DNA of 63,325 nucleotides, filler included, from Choristocarpus tenellus KU-1152 (Eukaryota > Protista > Phaeophyceae): the NCBI GenBank assembly GCA_964200185.2. It is 12 parts of 12 records of this genome, joined end to end, with 100 filler letters (N's around TTAATTAATTAA, not from the genome) between each part and the next. Parts side by side here need not be neighbours in the genome. Positions count along the whole stretch, not along the records: positions 38,751 to 46,894 come from CAXNAD020005086.1; positions 46,995 to 51,133 come from CAXNAD020016021.1; positions 51,234 to 57,513 come from CAXNAD020008494.1; 9 more parts are not named here. One strand, written 5' to 3'. Position numbers and translations under genes: made by a program. Positions within the stretch are counted from its first letter, which is position 1. Each line of letters begins with the position of its first letter. Below the pieces are notes generated by a model. That model made no database searches. It was not told where the DNA came from and saw nothing but the letters and a program-made list of their open reading frames with translations. Positions 40,101-51,960 of this stretch are shown in pieces.

Positions 40101-41827
40101 CAGACCTAAGGGCAACTTCCTTCATATTAACGTATTTTCCTCTCCCATCCCTTTGCCTGGACCAAATCCGAACAAAATCACCCGAAAAAGAGGCATCAAA
40201 CTGGGGTGTCGTACAATACCTGATGAAGCCCCGAATTGACAGCCTGGTCTAAACTTCCCCCCCTCTAGGACATTATGGTACTATACCCTCGCTCTTTCAC
40301 ATTGCCTAATGATAGAATGTTGAGTTTCTTGGGTTGACACCACAGGCGGCAATCAACATTTTTCTGTTGTACATAAAAGATTGTTGGTGAAAAGGGTCAC
40401 ACCACCAACAAGATACTAAAAAAATATGTAATCCTTTCCTACGTCACTATCTCAACACTCAACAAGACTGCTCACCAGGCTGCTGCCACCAACGTACATC
40501 CCTTCTTCAACAAAAAAAAGGTACGGTATACTCCTTGTGTCTAGAGTAGGCGTATTCTCCTTCCCCCACCTCCCTCGCAGACTTGTCTTCTCTTGACACA
40601 CTCATCTTTTATGTGACGTCAACAAATGCAGCATCCGATGCCGAATATTTATTGACCTAAATAGACGATATTAGAGCTTTATTCTGATAATTACATGACT
40701 CACCCTACTCATAATTCTATCTCATGTATCATTCCACTGTTTCGAAACTAATAACTTTTGTGGTTGGCCCAATTGTCAATACCTCTTCATCACGCTACTT
40801 ACTCAACCGTCCATTCAATAGGACTTCACGCTGGCATCAATTAGCGGGGAAGGCAACTCACTGGGCTCTTCCTAGGCAAGGCAGTATTTGGCTATGGGCA
40901 TTGGCGTTTGAAGCTACAGACGTTAAAGGTTCTATCGCCTACTAGCGGGATGATAGTCATATCCCTTCCTCCTCCCCCTCCCTCGACTTGTTCAGGACTA
41001 ATCTTCGCCTCCGAAAATGACATACACAGAGAGTCAGCTAGCTACACAAAAATTCTCATCAGGCACATGGTTAGATATCAGATATCAGCATTCAATGAAT
41101 GACGTGGACACATCATGTAGATTCAGCAAACTAGTGGGAGACCGAAAGCTTCTTAGCGATCTGGGCGGGAGTAGAAGTTTGGAACAAACGATACATAGAT
41201 GCTCTCCACTCTATACTTTGGAGTCCACTGTCCACGTCCATAGCAACTTGGAGGTCTTCACCCCGAACTTCTCCCACGAAATACTGACTACAGCAGCAGT
41301 ACTCTGAACTAACTTGCAGGGGAATTAGAACCAGCGGCTGAGAAATCTTATCACAATGCAATGCTTTGCACTCTTCCTCTGTAGCAATGCCAAGGTGGAT
41401 AAACATATTCACTACGTACATGATGCTCAGGGTAGTATTGAGGGAGTACCCAAGTAGGGATCATGGCACAAAAAACAGCCTTTGCACCAATATGAAAGGT
41501 CTCTTTGTTACATCGAGTTAATAGGGTTTGTTTGCTTAGCAGTATGTGTTATCCACTTAACCTAACCATCACCCTCTATCTCTACGCTAGGATCCAAAAC
41601 AGGAGTAGAAACGTATTGCCGTAAAGGCTCACAGCAGGAAGCTGTAGAGAAGGACACATGGAACCATCCCTTGCTTATTGCCTGTGAAGATAATTTGTGG
41701 CCACTACCTTGAAAAAACAAACAAACTTCAATCCAATATTGAAAGCAGTCATGCTAATTAATGCCCACAACATCATCACAGCACTGGCGTGTGATGTGGT
41801 TCTCCACAAGGCGACAATAGGGGAGGC

Positions 41828-43565
41828 TCAGGTGTTCTTGCGTGCTGGGACACCAGCCCCGATCATGTGCACCTTCACTTCATCAATTCCCACCTCCCGA
41901 CGGTGGAATATGCCAGCGGCCAATGCCTTGGTGTTCAACGAAAACAGCAAGGTGTCGTGTTGTAAGCAAGGGGGAGAAAGGGTGTGGGTGAGGAGCGAGG
42001 GTGTGTTCTGCTTCAAGTAGTTGAATGTAGGTGATGAAAAGGAAAACCGTCAAGACAACAACATTAGGCACAAACTGACTGAGGACTAACCAACCAATGC
42101 AGTAGCATGTGGGAGGCAGCGACTCGTTGTTATATCTCTCTCCCGACAAGACAGCATCATCAAAATCTTGGTACGCCAGTATCTGAATAAGGAACCAACC
42201 ACCACAAAGTACCAAGTATTGCAGCACACCCAAGTTCCATGCTTCGAAGTGCCAACAGCAAGCAAGATGCATCTACTCTAACCCCTTGTATGTGTACAAC
42301 AGATTGACTGACAAGGACCTGTTGGTGGAGAATTATGCAAGTACACAATACGGCAGAGGGTTGGCAACATATCTCGAAGTGTATCAGTGTAACTGCCATG
42401 ACTCTGTGTCGGTCATGCCATTATTTTGTTTCTAACCCCTAACCCTCTTCCTTCTTGCGCCATTGGATCAAAAAGAGGCTAAAAAGATGCAACACCGTAA
42501 CCCTTAGGGTTAGGGTTTAGAGCACACTTCAAAAAAGGGTTCTGAATCACAATGGTGTTCGAAGGCAGCCCTTGTAAACATGGTGTACCATGACCATTCC
42601 TTTACATTTGACTCCGCTTACACAGAGGTGACGTGTTATGTTGGATCTTCCAACACTTACCGCCTGAACATCTGTTGCTTCAAAAACGTCGGAGAAGTGT
42701 TGGGGTGACCCGGCTCCACTAGATGCAACAACTGGAATTGTCACTGCACTCATAACAGCCTGATCAAAACAACGACATAGTCAAAAGAAGTGCAGCTGAG
42801 CCAAGAGATGGTAGGAGTCGCGCTTTTTTATTTTTATTTTTTTATTTTATATTTTATCGGAGGCTTGCATTCCTGCCAGATATAAGTGAAAGTCGGTTAG
42901 TATTGAGCTATACCTAACCTTTCGCAAATATATTTTGAATAGCTCAATACTAACCGACTTGAACTTGATCGAGAGAACGTCAAGCGACCTCCAGAGAGAC
43001 TTTAAGCCAACCAGAGAGGACCAATGAAGAAACCTTAGATCATTTGCACTGCCGAAAACTGCAGAACTACAGCCTCTCATCGAGCCACACTAAAAGTAAA
43101 CACAAATACTTCTTTTTTTTTTTCTAAAAGGACAAAAGCAACAGCTGACAAAATTGACGTGAGAGCCTCTCCTTATACCCCAGGCACTTGAAACAGCAGC
43201 GAGGGAAGTCTAAGCCTAAGCCTAGCCCTAACCCTGACCTCTTCGTCTGCACTACACAGGGGTCTTTTCTGCTAAGATGTTCAATTGCTGTGTGAAATGA
43301 AGCAATGGAAACACTAGCTACACTAGCTACAGACTGCACAGACACACACACGGACAGGCGTGAATTTGGTCAAAGGCCTCCAAAAGGATTTTAACCACAT
43401 TATTTTTTAACAAAAATGGTGTGCATCAAGAACACCCCGCAAATCTCACTTCATCACACCTTAACGAAATGCTAATGATGGTCAGGAAAACAGCCCGATT
43501 TGGATAATCTGAACTGCCACAGGAAAAAAAAATAATACTCTTCTTCTTCAGGAATGTACTTGTTC

Positions 43566-43599
<34 letters not shown>

Positions 43600-46500
43600 C
43601 GATACATACTTCGTTGTTGTGATTGTTGTTTCTCCCTCCTCAAAACACCACTAAAAATGGAGTTTATTTAACGTTAAAAATATGTGCCACTTAAAAAAAC
43701 TCACAAGTCTTGTCGAAAACCATGCCGAAACGGAGAGATAGGGGGTGGGGACGTCAAGCCTCTTGTGGCGATCAGTCTCCCCCGCCCAACTCAAAGTCGG
43801 ATTTGACGTTAATTATACAATATTTTTATTGGGGGGTATTTACCAACTAACTCTCTGAAGTTGTCAAGTCAAACCTCTGGCAAGGCCATTGTGCACACAC
43901 CTTGATAAGTCCAAGATCGAATCCTGCCTTCTGGCCATCCATGTCGACACAGTTTAGAAGGACCTCGCCAACACCAAGCTTCTCACAGCACTGAAGGACA
44001 GACCCCCGTGTGATCACGATGTTTGGCACAAAGGCAATGGCAAGGTAGGGCTCAGTTGGTGTAAAACTACATCTATCGCTAAGGGTGTGTGACAGGATAC
44101 CTAGTGATATCGAACCATATGCAGAACTTCACAGTATCTGATTAACAAGGTGGAAAAAAGTCAGCGCCTTGACAAAAGTATCCAGGGGTGTATCCCATAC
44201 AGGGCACTAGTACAAGGTAGGTGGGGGTCACTCCTTATCAATGCGCTCAGTGGATATAACCACACAGTTGGCACAGGTTATACACACCCCACAAACAAGG
44301 GAGGGGAAGGGGAACGTTTCAAGCTACTAGGCTGAAGGTGGGGGCATCCTAGCAACTCTGGTGCTGTGCATTTTTACACCTATTCGGTACTTTGAACTAA
44401 CCCTAACCCTACCCCTAACCCTAACCACATCCCCTACCCCTGTAAAGTTTACTTCTACTACATCATCTAGAAAAAAACAACTACCATATATATATATATT
44501 TTTGAAAGCACTCATCTTTGGCATGACGGATTGGATTCATGCGACGGTTCAAAGGACTAGACTACCCCTTTCACGAGATTAAGCAAAGGGACCACACACG
44601 CAGGCACGATTGTGGAATTATTCCAAAGAACAATTATTTACTGCAACAGATTTATTCTGTATTTTTTTTTTTTATTAGGGGGGGGGGGGGGGGGGGGGCA
44701 GGCTACTGACTCGATTTGTCTCGACTAAGGATTGAGAGGCCAGTTGAGTGGCATGATGTGATGGCAGTTACCACTACCACGGTATAAGCAATCAACTAAC
44801 TCACTACGTACCACTCACACTGTCTTTGTGTGCTCAAATCATGCCACCAACAAAATCACTCAAGTCCACTACAGCAGACTACAGAAATCGTAATTACTAT
44901 ACACAATATACCCCTCTAACCCCAACCCAGCGCTCTAACATACCCAACTATCAACGTGTGTCTAAGATGCACCTCTTCCAATCACCAAAACAAACACCTA
45001 TCTACCAAAATACCGATATCTCAAGGAGTCAGTCTACCAATGACAACCTCATCTCGCAACTACATCCTTCAAACTCCAAACCCCGTTGTCAAACACCCCA
45101 CACACAACACAGCACAGGAGCATCAATAGCGTACTTGTAGCAGCAGCCTTGGGACTAGGCGATCTCCTGGAGCGATGCTGTGATGCTATGAGTGGGTAGG
45201 TTCTCAGAAAGGAAGGTCAAACGCACTCCCCTCCCCATGCATGACCCTAAACCCTAAGATAGGCTACCTCATTGGTACATATATAGTAAAATCTTTTTGT
45301 ACTACATTTCCTAACCCCTACAGTACATGCTCTGGAGCCGTAAGACGCGATGCGCTCTAGAGTCAAGTCTCCTTCTCCTCCTCAAAAACCTTTTCACGAT
45401 CGCCCTGTTTACCTTGGCTAAGGAGACAGCGTCGATGTCACGGCCCTCCCTCCCTCCCTTCACAGTGCACTGATACCATGCGTACCCCTCCCCGTTAGGT
45501 CCCTTCTTGTCAGTGGGAGACTCGTCTGTCATCCTCAGCACAGTGTGCTTGGGTGCTGCTTCTGGTGAGTCCACATAAACCTATACACCGATCCAATCAA
45601 ATCCAATCAAATCCAATCCGCCAGGAGGGAGGGTCGGTCAGAGAGGAGGACATGGCAGGCGTTCCTCTTCATTATCGGTTTTGAAGAAAAAAATACTTTG
45701 AAAAGACTGAACCACTTCTTTTTTTTTTTCTTTCTACGAAGTACTTGGGGGTTATTAATTCGTTTGGGCTCTCAGGAGGTAGGGGTAGGCAATCAAATAA
45801 GTGCACCAAAATAGGAATATGGTTTATTGAGCAAACACACTACGGGGAACTCCCCTCTCTCCCCCTCCCAAACTAGCGTTGGAAATTGCTATAATTCATT
45901 CAAGTCAGTTCATTCAATCAAGGAAACATATCGACCAGTCAGTTAATGATCGTTTGCTTTCACCCTCTACAATAACACAGCTCAAATTTCCTTCATCCTC
46001 CATGCTTCCTCATAGCCATGGCCACCTTGGGGTTGGGGGCACAGCTTGAAAAAATTCGCGTGGTTCGCCCTCAAACACGCCTCAGTTCAATTGAGCATAC
46101 GAAACCCCTCCATTCAAATCGATGAAAAAAAAGAAGAGAGTACTGAAAAAAGCAGGCATCAACATAAAAGTTTTAAAAAAGAAGAAAAGCTAGTGAAAGT
46201 CTCGCCTCAGTCCTGATCAAAAACAAGAAAAGAGTCCCGCGATTGTTACGGCATCTAAAATAATAAAAAACCAAAACAAAACAAAATCTATACCTTCCAT
46301 AGCTTTACAGCCTACTCCACGGGTGGGGGGGGGCCACCGGGAATCACTCAATTGAAAAAAAATCCCAACACAGAGAAACCCCAAGCAAAGCAAAGAGCAA
46401 AGCAAAGCAAAATATAAATAAAGCAAATCTCAAACCCATACACAGTTCAACCAATAACCTTAACCTTAACCCTAACCCTAACACCTGATCACGACACCCA

Positions 46501-46868
46501 CTGGGGACACCCTTCGTAAGTGTCTCTCTCTCTCTCTATATATATATATATACATATATATATACCAACCAACAACAGGGAATAGAAACACCCTCCGAAA
46601 TTCAAACAAATCGCGCACACCAAAGAGTAGTGAGAGAACTCAACCCACGTCAACAATGCGGAGATCCCTTACACTACAACAGCTCAGCAACCTCCCCCCC
46701 TATAACCCCAACCCTAACCCTAATATAATATACGCATGTATTATGGTGGTAACACATACCGGTGTGTGTGGGCAGAGGCAGTGCCAACGCTCGGGGAGAA
46801 CCGCCTGACCCTAACCCTAACCCTGAGCGACTACTCACCCTTCGGTGGTTGATGGACACAACCACCGC
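41828..46868 (-). CDS. HIS7: Imidazole glycerol phosphate synthase HisHF (His7-type), 3' five exons of the cyclase domain; the 5' part is off-contig
   Basis: Exons are 46839-46868 ([10 protein letters not shown]), 45413-45580 (VYVDSP...[30 protein letters not shown]), 43901-43990 ([30 protein letters not shown]), 42661-42759 ([33 protein letters not shown]) and 41828-41926 ([18 protein letters not shown]...*). All junctions are phase-0 GT-AG. The [15 protein letters not shown] insert is typical of eukaryotic fused HisHF. Confidence 0.95.
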
Positions 46869-48286
46869 CTGCCAATGCGGTCAATAACCGCCTANNNNNN
46901 NNNNNNNNNNNNNNNNNNNNNNNNNNNNNNNNNNNNNNTTAATTAATTAANNNNNNNNNNNNNNNNNNNNNNNNNNNNNNNNNNNNNNNNNNNNGTCGTT
47001 GGATTTGAGTTGTACATCCTGGAAGGTGAGCATTGAGGGGCGCCTGTAACATACCAGGATAAACCAGTCCATGTGTTCCACGATAAGAATATTGTGGTAT
47101 AGAGTGGTATATATTATGATTTTTTGGATTGGCAAATGTACAGTGGCGCATCACCCTCCTCTTAATGGGGAATATCTCGAAAGACTCGGGTATACGTATC
47201 TTTTATGACCACACTGCCTCTCTAAGAACATACTTCGTGGTCGCACACACCTTTTTGGAAGCAAAGGATTTGTTACCTTCTGGCGCCTTCTACCGTAGTG
47301 AAAGGGTGTCAACTACGGTTAACCAACAGTGGCGTTATCCCGATGAGTATTGATGCAATGGTATTGCCATCCTTGTATTATTACCGGAGGATAAATTGAT
47401 TGTGTTGATCTCTATCCTCTGAGTTAGTTACATTTGCATATAAACCTCTTCTCTATGCACTGTCTATATGCGATAGAAATACCCCATGGATGACGTGCTT
47501 TTTTCAAATTGCATAAAAAAAGTGACGATGGGTGGATACATGTACTCAAGTGAATGTTTACTTCACTCAAACAAGGTCTTTCTGTAATAGGTTGGAGTTG
47601 TACTGAGCAGAAGATCTTAATTAGATCTGTGGAGTACCCAGATGAGTGGGAATAACACACGTATTTTACGCTCCTATCCATGTACGTAACATGTGTACGC
47701 TGAATTGGTTGTCCTCCTCCTGCTTCGTGAAGAATGAGGGGAATAATAGAGGAGCACTTCCAGGGCCGCCACAATAACCTGTAAAGCTACCACACATAAA
47801 TGAAAAGTAACATTGCTCTACTACTTTTCCGACCCCATTCACCCGATCTATGTTGACTTGGTTACTATTCAGTAGTAGTATTAGTTCGCATTTTCATTGT
47901 AAATAGTAGTTGTATGTTTAGATCGAAAAAATAGAAAAAGGATTGTAAGATGGACACAGTGAAACGCCCGATTTCTTTCTCATATCAACAATAAATACAA
48001 GTGTCATACACAAAACTGGGTAACTCCGTTCCTTGAGAGGAGTATCCTTATCATAACAGGGTAGGCAACAAAAGTCGCCATCATAGGAAGACTTAGCCTG
48101 GTATAGAAGAAGGTGTTCAAGCCAGACCATCACATCGCCTGGTGAATCGTCAAGCTTCCATTGTTTTGGCGCTGGATGGGAAGGAAGACCGCAATCCTCT
48201 CTCGTACGACCTACATCGCAATAGCGCTGCTATATAGCACTGTTGCTCTGGGATGTTGGCTTTGAACTCAGAAATCAAATGAATAG

Positions 48287-49710
48287 AGCTCGACGAAATT
48301 CTTACTTTAAGTCAGCACGAGGTACCCCCGATACCCTACCCTGATACATATATGAAGATGAAGGTTGAGCAGATCCCTTGCCCAATTAGATACCATGACA
48401 CTCCAAAGATCAAGGCCTTCCTTGAGAGTGTTGAGGTCAGCTTCTCTCGTTTCGCACGTTGGTTTGGATCCTTCAAATGAGATACACTGTGGCTTCGGTT
48501 GGACTTTGATTGTTTATCTCACCTAACCAATCCATGCATTCTCGTTGCCCATTTCCAGTGAAAAGATGCTGGGGCTCCATCTCCTTCGGAGGGTCTTCCA
48601 TCTGCGTCTCACCTCTGTAAGCTGACTGACCTGCCACATACCGTCACAAACCATTCTTGTTGAATGGTGGAGCAAGCTCATCCCATGGAGGCGGTTTCAG
48701 ATAGCACGGTAAGGCATTGGGATTGTTGATAGCGCGTGTGTGAAGTCTTGCAAAAGGGTTGGGGGAGATGGCACGAAGACAGATCGGATAGCCTGTATGA
48801 CACATACAATCAGGAAAATTACTTTACTCTGCAACATAGAGCTTTGAGTCTAAATCATGATCCATTAACAATAAAGCTTGCTCTGCAGCCCATTCTCACC
48901 AACGGAGACATGGACGACACCCCTGTATCCAGATCTCTGTTGTGTCTTCATCTCGCAATATAGATTCGTTCGATGTGTCGTTGCTCCATAGTGTTGGAAA
49001 TATGTACATCAATGCTCCAGATTCCTTCTGAATCCCTCTCCTTCCCCCCTACCCTCCAACCAAATCCATTCTATGAAAGCATACCCTGGGGCAACAAGAA
49101 GTGGAAAGGACGCGTAAATATGTACGTAGAGAGAGAGAGAGAGAGTGGCGATTGACTGTATCCGACTTTATTGTGTATATTATGTTTAATGGATTGTAGT
49201 TTGTACCATTAAAAATATATTCATTGTGCATTTGGACTGGGTTCAAGTAATTTTGGTGCACTTCTTAGTATATTGGTCCATAGTACAGTACATGTAAGGA
49301 CGGGTGCTCAGACCCTAAGAGGGGAAAGCCTATTGGTTGTCCTACTCATTAGAAATATTGTCTCAGCTTGTTTACCATGTGGCGACATGGATACCAGGCA
49401 ACAAACTCTACCAAGACCATGAATGACAATCTCCTTCTGAAGGCCAAGTAATTGCAGCCCTTCTCCTGCCCCCCCCTCCCGTCCTTGCCTGTGTGCTACA
49501 CTCTAGTTTTGGATTGAACGTCAAAGGCGTCGGGGGCGACCAACGGAACCAGGTGTGCACACGAAGGGTTTTCTATGGGAAGGGGCCTCTGCAGAGGAGG
49601 ATTTGAGAAGGAAGGAGGAAAAGAGGCACAACGCCTCTGCAGAGGAGGATTTGAGAAGGAAGGGGGAAAAGAGGCACAACGCCCTCCTCCAAGCTACCTT
49701 CGATGAGCAG
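48287..49710 (+). CDS. Hypothetical multi-exon protein (partial)
   Basis: A phase-consistent GT-AG chain links about 48287-48435 (...HEVPPIPYPDTYMKMKVEQIPCPIRYHDTPKIKAFLESVE), 49021-49113 (IPSESLSFPP...WGNKKWKGR) and 49507-49710 (FWIERQRRRGR...ALLQATFDEQ). A further phase-0 exon may lie at 50929-51015. No family was recognised. Confidence 0.5.
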
Positions 49711-50736
49711 GTTGGCATGGTTTCAAGGGAACAAAGGCGGTGTGGGGGGAAGGGAGGGGGGGATGGGAGATTAGGGGATGTTAATGGGTTGTGGTGTCAT
49801 TCTCGAAAGGGGACTTTTGATATTTTCACCCCTATTGCTATTTTACACCATGTAATGGTTGTACTGTACAACTGCTCTGTGTTTTGAGTGAGATGTCAAG
49901 AAGTGGCAAGGAGGCACAGGAGGTCTTTACTCAAGTATGTGGACAGTCATTACAGGATCTCATCATATGCTCACGGGGGAGTTCTCCACAAACACACACA
50001 CACACACACACAAGCACACACATGTACATGTTTATGTTCGCAAAGAATACCTTGACTTGAAGTTCGCTGTCTGGTGGCAAGAAAGTACAGTTGGTTTCTT
50101 GTTGTATACTGATCGATGTTCCTTGTTGGGAATCCCTGATCCCAGTGGAGGATCTTCAGTGAGAAAGAATTCATGGAACCTCTTCAAGAGATTGTTGTTA
50201 CATTTTTAGTAGAATTTGTGAGTCATGATGGGACACAAAATGCACAGGGGGGGGTGTTTGCTATTGTGGTGCAAAGTGCAACCATACTGCGGCGAGAGTC
50301 TATTATCAGGACATGGATGCATGCATCTGATATAATGTACAACGTACAGGAGTGATTTATGGGAAATTGGAGGGGTAATAGGCTGGTGGTCAAACAAGAG
50401 TAGGACTCTCAGGCTGAATGTACCGGTTGGTTCTTTGTATTGTGGTACAGTGTGTGTACCTTGTGTGTACCTTGTTTTTTTGCACTGTGGTACAGTGTGT
50501 GTGCCTTGTGTGTATCTTGTGCTCAATTGCTTGTTTTGTGTTAAGCCTGAAAGTCATTCCAGAAGCATGAACTGAACTGGAAATATTCATGTGTTTTTTT
50601 TTTTCTTGCGGGGGAGCGGGGGTGGGGGGGGGGGGGGGGTTCCTTTCCACAGAAAAAAAAAATTATTACAAAAAGAAAAGGGGTGAGGNNNNNNNNNNTT
50701 TTTTTTTTTGTTTTTTTTTTTTTGTTTTTGTTGTGT

Positions 50737-50805
<69 letters not shown>

Positions 50806-51233
50806 CCTGCACCAAGACAGAAAAGAATGATGCAAAATGGAAAGGGGGCAGGGGGTGAAACCATATTCCAGTGTCTCAAAACAAGGGGAGGACCACCGAT
50901 AAGTTGATATTCAAATCCACTTTTACAGTGGTCCATAATAGCCTCTTGGATTTTACTACACCATATTTCAAACCTCTCATTGATCAAAGTCCCTCCTTGT
51001 GTGCTTGCTACATTGGTAAGTTTAAGTTTAGCAACGCTTGAATGAAATAGGACGGGGGTAGGGAGGGTGGGGGGTGGGGGGTGGGGGGGGGGGGATTTAA
51101 AACTATCATGTACACTGTAGTATCCTAGGGATGNNNNNNNNNNNNNNNNNNNNNNNNNNNNNNNNNNNNNNNNNNNNTTAATTAATTAANNNNNNNNNNN
51201 NNNNNNNNNNNNNNNNNNNNNNNNNNNNNNNNN

Positions 51234-51960
51234 CCCTTCTCCTCCAAATGGATCTTGGCTGCCTCCATGTTGGGCTGGATGTAGCTCTTCCTGATCCCTG
51301 AGTCCACGAGCTCACCTCCCTTGCACCGCACACTGCCTGTGCTGAGAAGCCTGCATGGCAGACCCGGCTTCCAGAACACATCTTGGAGCACAATCGTGGT
51401 TGGTGTGCCCGTCTCGTCAGTGGCCTCCAGGACTGTCTCGCTGGTTGCTCATGCATCACCTTTGTTTCCAATGGTGCGGGTGCGAGTTAATACTGTTGCT
51501 GCAGTGAGGCCCTGCAGTCGGGGGGGGGTAAGGTGCGCGTTTGCACCCGAGTCACACAGTAGGCTGATGGTCTTGGACAGATCTTGAAATGAGGACAGGA
51601 GCGCTGCCTCGACCATCCTGTTGTCCACTTTCTCCCCTACAGACACGTTCATGACCAGGAACGTCCGCGATGAGTCCTGGAGATCATCCTTGCCTCCACC
51701 ACCGCCAGGGCTGTTATGGAAATTGCGCGCTGCCCCAAACCCTTTGGGGCACTCAGCCAGAGGTTTACCGACCAGGTATGAGTGGCACTCCTTCCACTTG
51801 TGGTTGAATTTGAGACAAAATCATATTGGTTGGGGCCGCTCCGAGACTACTGTTTCCTTGTCGGTGTCCTTGTACTGACTGATGTGGAGTGCCATACATA
51901 GCCCCTGAGCTCCTAGTCATTTCTCCCGTGACGTCAGTGGTCATGTACGTGTTCGTATAA
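51234..51960 (-). mobile_element. Ty1/copia gag-knuckle and protease relic, copy 1
   Basis: It shows a knuckle remnant *FCLKFNHKWKECH and protease LLCDSGANAHLTP...GNKG...IVLQDVFWKPGLPCRLLSTG. Confidence 0.8.

Noticed and set aside
49367-49447. Candidate extra exon (LFTMWRHGYQ...) in the hypothetical gene
   Set aside because: Its phase is incompatible with the phase-0 exons on either side.
50541-50987. Poly-Pro/Lys/Gly/Phe ORFs (also 61054-61446)
   Set aside because: They come from homopolymer runs next to N gaps and are low-quality sequence.
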